A DNA stretch of 64,000 nt from an uncultured Candidatus Poseidoniales archaeon (GTDB lineage Archaea; Thermoplasmatota; Poseidoniia; Poseidoniales; Thalassarchaeaceae): the NCBI GenBank assembly GCA_905182515.1, contig CAJJBW010000001.1, forward strand, positions 146,275 to 210,274, written 5' to 3'. The position numbers were made by a program, and so were the translations under genes. Below the pieces are notes generated by a model, which was not told where the DNA came from, ran no database searches, and saw only the letters and a program-made list of their open reading frames with translations. The stretch's first letter is position 1; each line of letters begins with the position of its first letter. Below are positions 27,092 to 36,340 of this stretch, piece after piece.

Positions 27092-28450
27092 TCAGGGTAA
27101 TAATAAGGACTTAATTACGAACCATTTACTATATACGCCGCCGGAAGCTTCCTTGCCGGCAATCATTTCAGTCATCATTTCTCTAATTGACTCCTTTTTT
27201 GAAGCCTTTTTCATGAACCAATTTAATAACCATTTCCTTTTTATTACTTGCTGTAATCTATATGAATTAGTTAACTCCGGCCCTAACAAGTCCCATAATT
27301 TTTCCATATATATTATAGCAGATTCTTCTGTAAAACCTGAAGAATGTAAGTCCATATCAAAGATATCCGATGTCATTTTTGCAGAAACTAACGCATTCCC
27401 GATACCTTCTCCACTAAATGGATCAACAAGACTGGCTGCATCTCCAACACACATTGCTCCAGCCATTGCACTTCTTCTTGGCTGGTATGATGGAGCATTC
27501 TTTCTTGGTGAACCAAAGGGTAATTGCCAACCCTTTTCTGTACCTTCAACTAAACTTGCATTTGTAAATCTTTCTTTAAAAACTGGATGATTCTCAATAA
27601 CATTCTTTTGCATTTTCTTTAATGATTTTTTGATTCCTACCTGCTTCCTTTGTTCTGAAATGACCATCCCAATTCCAACATTCACAGTACCGTCGTTAAC
27701 CGGAAATATCCAAAAATATCCAGGGTTAACTTCATCGATAAAATGTATTTCTATTGCTCCTGAATCTCCTTCACAACCCTTGACATTATTCCAGTATTCT
27801 CTATATGCACCACAATAATGCTCAATATCTCTCATTGACTCATCATGGATACTTTCTGTGATCGTTTTAGCAACTGGACAATTGTATCCTCCTGCACCAA
27901 TTGTTAATAGTGAATCGAAAGACAACTCTTGTCCATCCTTTGTCTTACCATTAACGCCAATTATTTTTTGAGTACTACCGTCTTTCGTGTGTCTAACCTC
28001 TGTTACAGAAAATCCTTGAATAACATAACCTCCATTTTCATGTAAAATTTCAGTAGCTCTTTTGAACATCATATAATCAAATTGTATCCTAGGAAGTGAA
28101 TATCCTGCCTCCATTTTCTCAAAGGCTTCCTTGGGTAATTCTATTTTTACTTCCTTTCCATTAGAACTACTCATCACTATTGAGTCTACACGAAAGTGTG
28201 GAGTATCTTCTATCATTGTTTTAACGCCTAATTCTTTAACATGGCGTAACGATTTGCCACCCACTGCATCTCCACAAATCTTGTCTCTAGGCCATATTTC
28301 TTTTTCTAACAATAGGACCTTTCGACCTTTCATGGAATGGTATGATGCAGCTGCCGAACCTCCCGGCCCTCCACCTACAACAATTACATCAAAATTAGAA
28401 CCATTTGCTGGAACATCACCAACATCGATTGGCTTAGACCATTCACTCAT
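27092..28450 (-). CDS. Geranylgeranyl reductase-family FAD-dependent oxidoreductase
   Basis: 'DVIVVGGGPGGSAAA' and 'GDAASLVDPFSGEGIGNAL'; 452 aa. Confidence 0.85.
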   Translation of the reverse strand: MSEWSKPIDVGDVPANGSNFDVIVVGGGPGGSAAASYHSMKGRKVLLLEKEIWPRDKICGDAVGGKSLRHVKELGVKTMIEDTPHFRVDSIVMSSSNGKEVKIELPKEAFEKMEAGYSLPRIQFDYMMFKRATEILHENGGYVIQGFSVTEVRHTKDGSTQKIIGVNGKTKDGQELSFDSLLTIGAGGYNCPVAKTITESIHDESMRDIEHYCGAYREYWNNVKGCEGDSGAIEIHFIDEVNPGYFWIFPVNDGTVNVGIGMVISEQRKQVGIKKSLKKMQKNVIENHPVFKERFTNASLVEGTEKGWQLPFGSPRKNAPSYQPRRSAMAGAMCVGDAASLVDPFSGEGIGNALVSAKMTSDIFDMDLHSSGFTEESAIIYMEKLWDLLGPELTNSYRLQQVIKRKWLLNWFMKKASKKESIREMMTEMIAGKEASGGVYSKWFVIKSLLLP

Positions 28451-28516
28451 ACACTCTCACCGTATACAGCGGAAAGGACTCAATAATTCAAACTATACCA
28501 TTGAGTTGATTCGTTT

Positions 28517-28849
28517 ATGCCTCTTCGAACTATTATGGATCAGAATATCTGGATTATTCAAACAACTTTACCCGACTCACTCATTGAACCTACTGTTGAT
28601 TCATGGATATCATATTTTATAGAAGAAAAGTTAACAAAATGTATACAAAGATCTCGAATCACATCTGTTTATGAATGGGAAAACAAAACTTTGAATACTG
28701 AAGAACGGAAACTACAAATGAAAACTACACTATCCAACAAAGAACTTTTAATTCAAGCGATTAAAGATAAACATTTTTATTATATTCCGCAAATTATTAC
28801 ATGGCAGGCTGAAACTAGTAATCAGTACGCTAGATGGATTGAAGGTTGA
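28517..28849 (+). CDS. cutA: CutA divalent-cation tolerance protein
   Basis: 110 aa. 'IIQTTLP', 'TKCIQ...ITSVYEWENK' and 'HFYYIPQII' match the CutA1 pattern. Confidence 0.75.
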   Translation: MPLRTIMDQNIWIIQTTLPDSLIEPTVDSWISYFIEEKLTKCIQRSRITSVYEWENKTLNTEERKLQMKTTLSNKELLIQAIKDKHFYYIPQIITWQAETSNQYARWIEG

Positions 28850-28867
28850 CACCTCTACGCACAATTA

Positions 28868-29539
28868 ATGCAATGGTCTTCAATATTAAAGCCAGCAAAG
28901 AAAGTCCCCCTTACTCATTGGAGCGCAAAGGATCCAATGACGCTAAAGCCAAAAACTAAAACAGTCACTATATTAATTATAGGATTATGGATTTTTGGTA
29001 CTGGAGATGCAATAATAATAGCAGCCGGTATTGGAGTTGCTCCGTGGACAATACTCGCACAGGGTATTACAGAACAAATAGAAATTTCAGTTGGCCAAGC
29101 AACCTTTTTAGTAAGTTTAATTGTACTTATGTTATGGTTACCTTTGAGAGAAAGGCCAGGAATTGGCACCATACTAAATGCAATATTAATAGCCGCTGCT
29201 ATAGATATAATGGAACCACACTTACCACATCCTGAGCAATATATTTTCCAAATAATTCAAGCCTTCTTTGGGACAATTTTAGTTGGAATAGGAAGTGGAT
29301 TATATCTTACTTCAAATTTAGGTCCAGGCCCAAGAGATGGATGGATGACTGGAATTCAAAGAATTACTGAAATACCAATTGGACGAGTTAGGGCGACCAT
29401 CGAAATATTAATTTTAATTATGGGATATTATCTTGGTGGAACAGTAGGATTAGGTACTGTAATTTTTGCATTTTTCATCGGTCCTATCGTTGCCATCAGT
29501 TTACAATTGACGGGCCGTTTTGGTAAAATTAAAAATTAA
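28868..29539 (+). CDS. YczE/YitT-like integral membrane protein
   Basis: 'GIGVAPWTILAQGI' and 'GPGPRDGWM'; 5-6 TM segments. Confidence 0.5.
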   Translation: MQWSSILKPAKKVPLTHWSAKDPMTLKPKTKTVTILIIGLWIFGTGDAIIIAAGIGVAPWTILAQGITEQIEISVGQATFLVSLIVLMLWLPLRERPGIGTILNAILIAAAIDIMEPHLPHPEQYIFQIIQAFFGTILVGIGSGLYLTSNLGPGPRDGWMTGIQRITEIPIGRVRATIEILILIMGYYLGGTVGLGTVIFAFFIGPIVAISLQLTGRFGKIKN

Positions 29540-29603
29540 AAACTATCCAAAAATAATTGCTTTTAGCCGCTTACTTGATTGGTGACTACCCTTCCCCCTG
29601 TCC

Positions 29604-30806
29604 ATGGTTGAGGGCCACGATGATAAAAAATTTGGAACAAAAGCAGTACATTCAGGTACAAATCCAGTGGGAGGAGGAGTCAATACTCCTGTATTCTTAT
29701 CTTCGACATATCATCTCACTGAGGATAGATATGCAGGGTGGGCTGCAGGTGCCCAACATACAATGTTATATTCCCGATTATCAAGTGTAAATTCCGAAGC
29801 AGTAGCAGCTAAATTAGTTGCATTAGAAGGCGCTGAAGATGCTGAAGTGTTCGCTAGTGGAATGGCTGCAATTTCAACCACACTTTTGGGTCTTCTGTCA
29901 AGCGGGGATCATATCATAGCAAGTTCAGATGTATATGGCGGCACATATGGCCTATTGACTCAAGATCTCCCAAGATTTGGTATTGAGGTAACAATGGCAG
30001 ATATGCGAGACCCATCTTCCTATGAAGCAGCAATAAAAGACAATACTAAGATGATTTATGTAGAGACATTAACTAATCCCGTGCTAAAGGTTTGTGATTT
30101 AGAGGCAATGGCAAATTTAGCTAAACAATATGATCTAATCTCTGTTGTTGATAATACCTTCGCATCTCCATGGGGGTGTAATCCAATAAAGTTTGGTTTT
30201 GATTTAGTAATTCATTCAGGTACTAAATATTTAGGAGGCCATTCTGATTTAATTGCTGGATTGGTCGCAGGAAAAAAGGAACTTATAGCTCAAATTTTTC
30301 CTAAAAAGGTACATTTTGGAGGGGCAGCAGATCCTCACATGTGTTATTTGCTTGAAAGAGGCATGAGGACGTTGCACGTTCGAATGCCTACGCATACTTC
30401 TAATGCCGAGGAGCTGGCAAAAAGACTTTCAAATCATCATATGATTGAAAGTGTAAATCATATCAGTTTACCTGAAAATATGGATTTTGAATTAGCAAAA
30501 AAAATCTTACCCAAGGGCAGTGGAATGTTAGCCTATGTTGTAAAGGGGGGCGATTCAGCCGCGCTTGAATTCATGCGTACATTGAAACTGTCTTTAGAAG
30601 CAACAAGTCTTGGAGGCGTAGAAAGCCTTGTAGAATGCCCATTTAATTCTAGTCACATGTTTGTTCCTGATGATATCAGACAAGAAGCCGGGGTTGTCCC
30701 TGGATTTGTTCGCATGAGCGTAGGAATAGAGGATGTTGAAGATATATGGTCAGACATAAATCAGGCACTTAAAGCGGTCGAAAGCCTTCTTATTACCCAT
30801 TCTTGA
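29604..30806 (+). CDS. Cys/Met-metabolism PLP enzyme (cystathionine gamma-synthase/lyase or O-acylhomoserine sulfhydrylase family)
   Basis: PLP-lysine context 'HSGTKYLGGHSDL'; 'DNTFASP'; 400 aa. Confidence 0.85.
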   Translation: MVEGHDDKKFGTKAVHSGTNPVGGGVNTPVFLSSTYHLTEDRYAGWAAGAQHTMLYSRLSSVNSEAVAAKLVALEGAEDAEVFASGMAAISTTLLGLLSSGDHIIASSDVYGGTYGLLTQDLPRFGIEVTMADMRDPSSYEAAIKDNTKMIYVETLTNPVLKVCDLEAMANLAKQYDLISVVDNTFASPWGCNPIKFGFDLVIHSGTKYLGGHSDLIAGLVAGKKELIAQIFPKKVHFGGAADPHMCYLLERGMRTLHVRMPTHTSNAEELAKRLSNHHMIESVNHISLPENMDFELAKKILPKGSGMLAYVVKGGDSAALEFMRTLKLSLEATSLGGVESLVECPFNSSHMFVPDDIRQEAGVVPGFVRMSVGIEDVEDIWSDINQALKAVESLLITHS

Positions 30807-30815
30807 GGATTTTTA

Positions 30816-31412
30816 ATGGCATCGACTGGCCTGATAGCAGTACTTGTATTCATAATACCAATGTGTTTTACCCCCGGACCAAATAATTTACTTTGTGCTG
30901 CACACGGGTCTCAACATGGCTTTCGAAAAACCATTCCTCTTACTCTTGGTATGGCAATTGGTTGGACAACTCTAGGGATGTTTGTTGCAGCATTCACCTC
31001 ATTTATTGAAGAATATAATACATTTTTTGACTTATTGACATATGTTGGAGCCCTGTACATCACATATTTAGCATATAAGATCGCTTCATCTTCACATCTT
31101 AAGGAAGAAACCAAAACAGAGTTATTAGGTATCAAGACAGGAATATTCTTACAAGTAGTCAATGGAAAAGCATGGATCCATTTTTTGGTACTAATGTCAA
31201 TGCCATTCACAGCATTTGGTAGTGGATTTTTAGCAAATGCTGGATTGGTTATTTTAAATTTATTTTTTGGCTATCCTGCAGTTCTAACCTGGTCTTATTT
31301 TGGAACGGTTTTAAGAGTATTTTTTAAATCACCAGAAAAGGTAATGTGGCTTAATTATGGCTTAGGCGTGTCATTATTTGCTGTCGCAGTTTGGATTATT
31401 TTGCCACATTAG
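30816..31412 (+). CDS. LysE/RhtB-family exporter (second copy in the window)
   Basis: 'FTPGPNNLL' N-terminal motif; 6-TM size. Confidence 0.7.
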   Translation: MASTGLIAVLVFIIPMCFTPGPNNLLCAAHGSQHGFRKTIPLTLGMAIGWTTLGMFVAAFTSFIEEYNTFFDLLTYVGALYITYLAYKIASSSHLKEETKTELLGIKTGIFLQVVNGKAWIHFLVLMSMPFTAFGSGFLANAGLVILNLFFGYPAVLTWSYFGTVLRVFFKSPEKVMWLNYGLGVSLFAVAVWIILPH

Positions 31413-33118
31413 TAGTCTAAAGAGGAACCAGATACTTCAGCCAACCATTTCATGCCAGATTTGTAATCATCAATGGCATCTAGATTATCATTTACTAATA
31501 AATCCTCAGCCGCATCCCACAGAGAACGCAATGCTGGAACCCAATCTCCACCTTTGTCTCTACTTGATTCATCAAACCTCCACGCATCTGATTCTGTCCT
31601 GTCATGTACATTGAGCCAAGCCCATCCCATTGCCATTTCCAAACCTTTACTTTTTCGAGCTTTCGAAACAGTTGATGCTACGCCATTTTTAATTGCATGC
31701 CTGATAAGAAAATCAGCAAAACTTAATGGAGAATTCAAATCTTCAGATTTCCATGGTAATCTATTAAGTCGTTTTGTAATGAACAAGCTTTCTTTCAATT
31801 CTCTTAAAAATGCTCCAAAGCCTTGTTTTCTTTGAGATTGCTTGTCAATTATATCACCAATTTCTTCTTCTGATATTTCATACATTTTGTCTAATATTAT
31901 GTGCCCATATTTAGGCCAAAGTGCTACTAGAACGGGGTGACAAGATGAGTCTTCAAATCTAATTACCTCTTCTTCTAAATCTATTATCAGGCCATCAGAT
32001 CTAACATGAATGCCAGTATCAAGAGAAGCTAGAATATATGATATAGCCTCTTTCTCATCATCGGTCCCATTCATTTCTTCTAACATCTTATCTAAGTCTT
32101 CACTGTTATACCAACGATTACCTATGACAAATCCATCTTTAATTGAATTTAGAATACCGCTTCTACAAGCACTAGCTAATTTTTTATCATCATATAACAT
32201 AAGCAACCATTGTTGTAACACTTCTTCGACCTTTTCAATTCCTTCAGGAGGCAAATCCTTACCTTTAGGCCAACCCTCCGGTCTCCAAATCCAATCAGAT
32301 TTAATTATTTCACCAATCTTTGGTGGCATCATTGACATAGCTATACTCTGAACAAATGATTCTTCAGCCCTCACTAACGAATCCCTAGATATTCCTGCTA
32401 TTACACCATTATCAAATTCTAATTTCAACCATCCACTTTCGGTTATAGTATTATTTGTAACTATTGTCTCATCTAATCCCTTTGACCATTTAATAGTGCT
32501 CCCAGATAAGCCTATACTTGCATTCTCTAAGACATAATTTATCCAGTCATCTGGGGCATCTGCATTTTTTCCGGTGAATACAAATCCTTTGTCCCACGAA
32601 AAGAACCATTGTCCCGACTTAGCATGATCATCCCATACTAGCATTCGTAATTTTGTATGATTAAAATTTTGTATCCCTGCTAAGTGACTTTGTTTACCAT
32701 TACCTCTTCGAATATAACTTGCAGATCCAAAAAGTGGATTTTTGAATACAGAAACTGTCGATAAATCGCCACCACTTGCAGCCAACAAGCTTCCAGCCAA
32801 CGCTCTACAAACTAAATCTCCTCCTTTTTTGCCCATTCTTCTTGTTAACCATTTTTTATCGTGCCTTTTTTTAGACACCGAATCAATTTCTTGCAATGTT
32901 AGCGCCATCAAGTCTTTGTTTTTACCAAAGAATGAAGCTTTACCAATTTCACCTTTAATTTCAGGTAAAAATATTTCTGGATTATCTAATAAATCTTGCA
33001 AGTTTTTCTCTAATCGCTTTTGTATTTCTTTACTTGCTTGTTTAATTCCCCTGACTCTTACTTTCTTTCTCCGGTTTTTATCGCCGGGAAAACTAACTTC
33101 AGCAGGGGGTTTCGCCAT
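31409..33118 (-). CDS. 569-aa hypothetical protein with a basic N-terminus; no family recognised
   Basis: Long uninterrupted ORF starting 12 nt downstream of dph5 on the same strand. N-terminal 'KNRRKKVRVRGIKQ'. Confidence 0.65.
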   Translation of the reverse strand: MAKPPAEVSFPGDKNRRKKVRVRGIKQASKEIQKRLEKNLQDLLDNPEIFLPEIKGEIGKASFFGKNKDLMALTLQEIDSVSKKRHDKKWLTRRMGKKGGDLVCRALAGSLLAASGGDLSTVSVFKNPLFGSASYIRRGNGKQSHLAGIQNFNHTKLRMLVWDDHAKSGQWFFSWDKGFVFTGKNADAPDDWINYVLENASIGLSGSTIKWSKGLDETIVTNNTITESGWLKLEFDNGVIAGISRDSLVRAEESFVQSIAMSMMPPKIGEIIKSDWIWRPEGWPKGKDLPPEGIEKVEEVLQQWLLMLYDDKKLASACRSGILNSIKDGFVIGNRWYNSEDLDKMLEEMNGTDDEKEAISYILASLDTGIHVRSDGLIIDLEEEVIRFEDSSCHPVLVALWPKYGHIILDKMYEISEEEIGDIIDKQSQRKQGFGAFLRELKESLFITKRLNRLPWKSEDLNSPLSFADFLIRHAIKNGVASTVSKARKSKGLEMAMGWAWLNVHDRTESDAWRFDESSRDKGGDWVPALRSLWDAAEDLLVNDNLDAIDDYKSGMKWLAEVSGSSLDY

Positions 33119-33130
33119 GTCAATCCTCTT

Positions 33131-33955
33131 TCACGCTAATAGGCGTCTACGGTTGAAGGCTTCTTCTTCCATGCCTGTAAATTTCGCAGGTAGGATAAAG
33201 CTATGAATTTCCCCAGTCTCTATTTTAGAAAGTTCCCCCAGAGTACCTGCAAAGATTTGCTGATCAGTCCCCCCCAAATCACTCAATAGTATGCCTCTCC
33301 AGTCTTTAACAGAAGTATTTAATAGTGCATTAAAATCATTACTTTCTATATATTTCATAACGATTTTTTCTAGTAAAACTAACACTTCTTTAGGCTGCAT
33401 TGGCTTAGGCTTTTCTAACCCCATTCCGGTTGGATCCAAATCTAATAGCATAAGCGTATGTAATCCAAAATCATAATTTTTCAAATATATTTCGAGAGGC
33501 GACGTTGGCAAATAATCACCAAATGAATAAGGTAATGTTATTTGCCTACCAAAACGATAAGACTGCATTCCAGATAATGATACCGCAAGAGATGTGGCAG
33601 ATATACCAGGTATCAGATGAAATTCAATATTCTCCTCTTCACAATATGATTCCAAATCTATGTGAGTTGTTGCTTGCATTGGATCTCCGACAACTAATAT
33701 GCCAACTGCCATAGTTTTTGCTTCTTGTAAGATTTTTTTAGGAATCTCAATTTCCTCTCGCATTATCCTTTCCCAAGGTCCAATTAAAGTTTTTAGTCGA
33801 CTTTCCTCGTTTTCGGGGAGAACTGCTGTATAACCTTCTAAGTAAAGTTTTGAACAACTTTTTGCTGATTTCCTCGCCAATACTGTCATTTGGTCTAAAT
33901 TACCGGGTCCAAGGCCAATTAGCCACAACCCGGGAGGTGCATCATCCGCCGTCAT
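33131..33955 (-). CDS. dph5: Diphthine synthase
   Basis: Tetrapyrrole-methylase fold with 'LIGLGPGNLDQMT', 'LYLEGYT' and 'VVGDPMQATTH'. Confidence 0.85.
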   Translation of the reverse strand: MTADDAPPGLWLIGLGPGNLDQMTVLARKSAKSCSKLYLEGYTAVLPENEESRLKTLIGPWERIMREEIEIPKKILQEAKTMAVGILVVGDPMQATTHIDLESYCEEENIEFHLIPGISATSLAVSLSGMQSYRFGRQITLPYSFGDYLPTSPLEIYLKNYDFGLHTLMLLDLDPTGMGLEKPKPMQPKEVLVLLEKIVMKYIESNDFNALLNTSVKDWRGILLSDLGGTDQQIFAGTLGELSKIETGEIHSFILPAKFTGMEEEAFNRRRLLA

Positions 33956-33956
33956 C

Positions 33957-35156
33957 GTGAAGCACTCTACCCCCCTCCCAGTGATGAATATGATGCGTCA
34001 TCTTAAGGTGCCAAACTCTGATGTTGAGGGCGCCTTCACCAAATTAAAAGAAAATAATTGGCTTGCAAGTAATATGCTTATTTTTGCTTCTGAAAATGGT
34101 AAAAATAGATTAATACCTCTTAATAACGATGCTCCTGAAATGCCAAATAATTTATTAAAATACAGAGAAGTTAATTGTAAAGGAAAAATCGATAACCGCG
34201 TTAATCCAAATTGGTTAAACCATCTTAAAAAAACAATAGACAATGAAATTATAGAAAAATATGATGAATTATGGCCAGCATCCCATGAATTTATTGGTGA
34301 TATGATGATTGTAAGGATAGATGAGGAAATAATACAATTTTCTTCAAAGATAGCCAAAGCCAAACTTGATGCTCATCCTAAATTGAGATTAATTTTATCT
34401 GATCAAGGAGTTTTTGGAGAGTTACGAATAAGAGAATTGATTCCAATTGGAGTTAGGAATAATAATCAGATTATATTAGAAAATATACCTTTAGAATTAT
34501 GTAAGACTAAAGTTATTGTTAAAGAATCTGGAAGAGAAATAATTTGTGACCCTTCTATAGCTTATTTTTCTTCAAAATTACAAACTGAACGCCAAGAAAC
34601 ATTATATTTTGCTAAAAAATTAAAGAAAATATTAGGCAGACCTATAAATATTTGTGATCCATTTTGCGGAGTTGGTCCTGCTGTGTCTTCTCTATTAAAT
34701 GAACCAAATTTAACACATAATATACTGGCTTCAGATTTAAATCCTGAGGCTGTAAATATTCTTTTTGAAAATTTGTCCAAATGGGATAAAAGAAAATATC
34801 CAGAATCTTCTGGAAATATTGATTGGATGTATCCAAACAGATTAGTAGGAGTTGCAGATGCTACAGTTGTAGCCAAAAATAAAAACTATATTGGCAAATG
34901 GGATTTGTTGATGATAAATCTACCACACAAAACTTTAGAATTACTACCCTACTTACTCCCTTTAATTGACAATAATTCTCCTTCTTTAATCAGGGGCCGT
35001 ATAATTATTGAAGAAAGTAAAATAGAATATACAAACAAAATACTACACGAAATTCTCCCAGACCTTCTTCCGGGTTCAAAATCACTTTCGCTCAAAATAA
35101 AAAGAGATTATAGCGCAAAATTAAGGCTATGTTCTTTTGAAGCGTGGCTAGCATAA
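33957..35156 (+). CDS. TRM5/TYW2-family tRNA methyltransferase (Trm5 or Taw2)
   Basis: 'ICDPFCGVGP' (SAM motif) and 'MINLPH' (NLP catalytic loop). The listed start is GTG; a likely ATG start lies at 33984 (MNMMRHLKVP). Confidence 0.75.
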   Translation: MKHSTPLPVMNMMRHLKVPNSDVEGAFTKLKENNWLASNMLIFASENGKNRLIPLNNDAPEMPNNLLKYREVNCKGKIDNRVNPNWLNHLKKTIDNEIIEKYDELWPASHEFIGDMMIVRIDEEIIQFSSKIAKAKLDAHPKLRLILSDQGVFGELRIRELIPIGVRNNNQIILENIPLELCKTKVIVKESGREIICDPSIAYFSSKLQTERQETLYFAKKLKKILGRPINICDPFCGVGPAVSSLLNEPNLTHNILASDLNPEAVNILFENLSKWDKRKYPESSGNIDWMYPNRLVGVADATVVAKNKNYIGKWDLLMINLPHKTLELLPYLLPLIDNNSPSLIRGRIIIEESKIEYTNKILHEILPDLLPGSKSLSLKIKRDYSAKLRLCSFEAWLA

Positions 35157-35168
35157 AACGACGCTTTT

Positions 35169-35244
35169 TGGCGCCCCGACCGGGATTTGAACCCGGGTCG
35201 CAGCCTCGACAGGGCTGCATGATAGGCCACTACACCATCAGGGC
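35169..35244 (-). tRNA. tRNA-Asp (GUC), CCA encoded
   Basis: Hand-folded from the reverse complement GCCCTGATGGTGTAGTGGCCTATCATGCAGCCCTGTCGAGGCTGCGACCCGGGTTCAAATCCCGGTCGGGGCGCCA. Has a 7-bp acceptor stem, anticodon stem CAGCC/GGCTG with loop CTGTCGA, and T-arm CCGGG-TTCAAAT-CCCGG. Confidence 0.93.
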
Positions 35245-35325
35245 TTGGATTAGTCCGACGTGCGTTCTCTTTTTCAATCTTTAACCAGGGCATCATTCAT
35301 GACCTGTCGACTTTTCGCCTCAAAT

Positions 35326-35913
35326 ATGTCTGATGTCCAACTTGTGATTGACGTTGTAGATAATGGAGGACAATGGACTCACCGTGAATGGAGAATGTTA
35401 CGATATTTGGACGTTAATACCAAAATTTTATCCAATAAAACTCCACTTTCTGAATTTAGACAAGTCGATGGGTTGATTCTTTCTGGAGGCGCTGCAAGAG
35501 TTGGATTAACAGGGGAATTAGGTAATTGCGCTGAATATTTTGAATTGGATGTACCAATACTTGGAATTTGCGCAGGTCATCAATTCATGGCTGATTTTTA
35601 TGGTGGTAGTTCACGTGAAGCACTAAAACCAGAATTTGGAGAAGCTACAATCACATTAGTCAATGGAGGAGGTAGATTGTTTCAATCTACACCAACCAAA
35701 CAAATGGTTTGGGAAAGCCACAATGATGAAGTCATAGAATTACCTAAAAATTTTACAATAACGGCGTTTAGCCCCTCTTGTCAAATCCAGGCAATGGAAA
35801 ATGAATTTGGAAATAGATTTGGCGTACAATTCCACCCCGAGGTTGACCATTCTGAATACGGACAAGAAATATTTTCAAATTTTGTCAAAATTTGTAAATC
35901 TTCAAAAAATTGA
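35326..35913 (+). CDS. guaA: GMP synthase, glutamine amidotransferase subunit A
   Basis: 'VIDVVDNGGQWTHREWR', 'ILGICAGHQ' and 'QFHPEV'. The start is taken at ATG 35326 (MSDVQ) rather than 35260, which runs into the tRNA promoter region. Confidence 0.85.
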   Translation: MSDVQLVIDVVDNGGQWTHREWRMLRYLDVNTKILSNKTPLSEFRQVDGLILSGGAARVGLTGELGNCAEYFELDVPILGICAGHQFMADFYGGSSREALKPEFGEATITLVNGGGRLFQSTPTKQMVWESHNDEVIELPKNFTITAFSPSCQIQAMENEFGNRFGVQFHPEVDHSEYGQEIFSNFVKICKSSKN

Positions 35914-35962
35914 TACTATACCCAAAGGACAGATTGAAGAAGGGCAGGTGGGTCGCCCAAAC

Positions 35963-36235
35963 ATGGCTAAAGAGACCGAACACATGATTCTGTACAAGTG
36001 TAGGAGAACTCTTCGTACTCAGAGAATGCCCTATAATCCGACCGGAGATGTAATTTCCCCTTTTGATAATGTATCTATGATGGATCCAATGGAGATTAGA
36101 TACAAATGTCTTCGATGTGGGCATCTGGCATGGGTAGAAGCTGGCTCAACTGGAAAATCTTGTCACAAATGTGGATATCGCATCTTTATAAAACCAAGAA
36201 AACCAGGCGAACACAAGATTCTAAAAGCAGAATGA
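35963..36235 (+). CDS. rpoP: DNA-directed RNA polymerase subunit P (Rpo12) zinc ribbon, possibly with an N-terminal extension
   Basis: The C-terminal 48 aa, 'MEIRYKCLRCGH...KSCHKCGYRIFIKPRKPGEHKILKAE', match the RpoP pattern (CxxC...CxxCGY+I...+PR). Alternative starts at 36077 or 36089 would give the canonical ~50 aa. Confidence 0.65.
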   Translation: MAKETEHMILYKCRRTLRTQRMPYNPTGDVISPFDNVSMMDPMEIRYKCLRCGHLAWVEAGSTGKSCHKCGYRIFIKPRKPGEHKILKAE

Positions 36236-36340
36236 AATATTTTAAACTATAAATATAGATTTAACAAATGGTTTATTGCTAGGCTAGCATATACAAAATT
36301 AACTTACCTTCTTAAGTCGAAGGATGGGCCGCCAACAATT

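Noticed and set aside
35108-35296. 62-aa minus-strand ORF
   Set aside because: It is the translation of the tRNA-Asp gene and its flanks. The tRNA fold explains the sequence.
35801-35962. Upstream part of the 144-aa ORF containing rpoP
   Set aside because: It would overlap the 3' end of guaA by 113 nt in another frame. Internal ATGs at 35963, 36077 or 36089 give more plausible genes.
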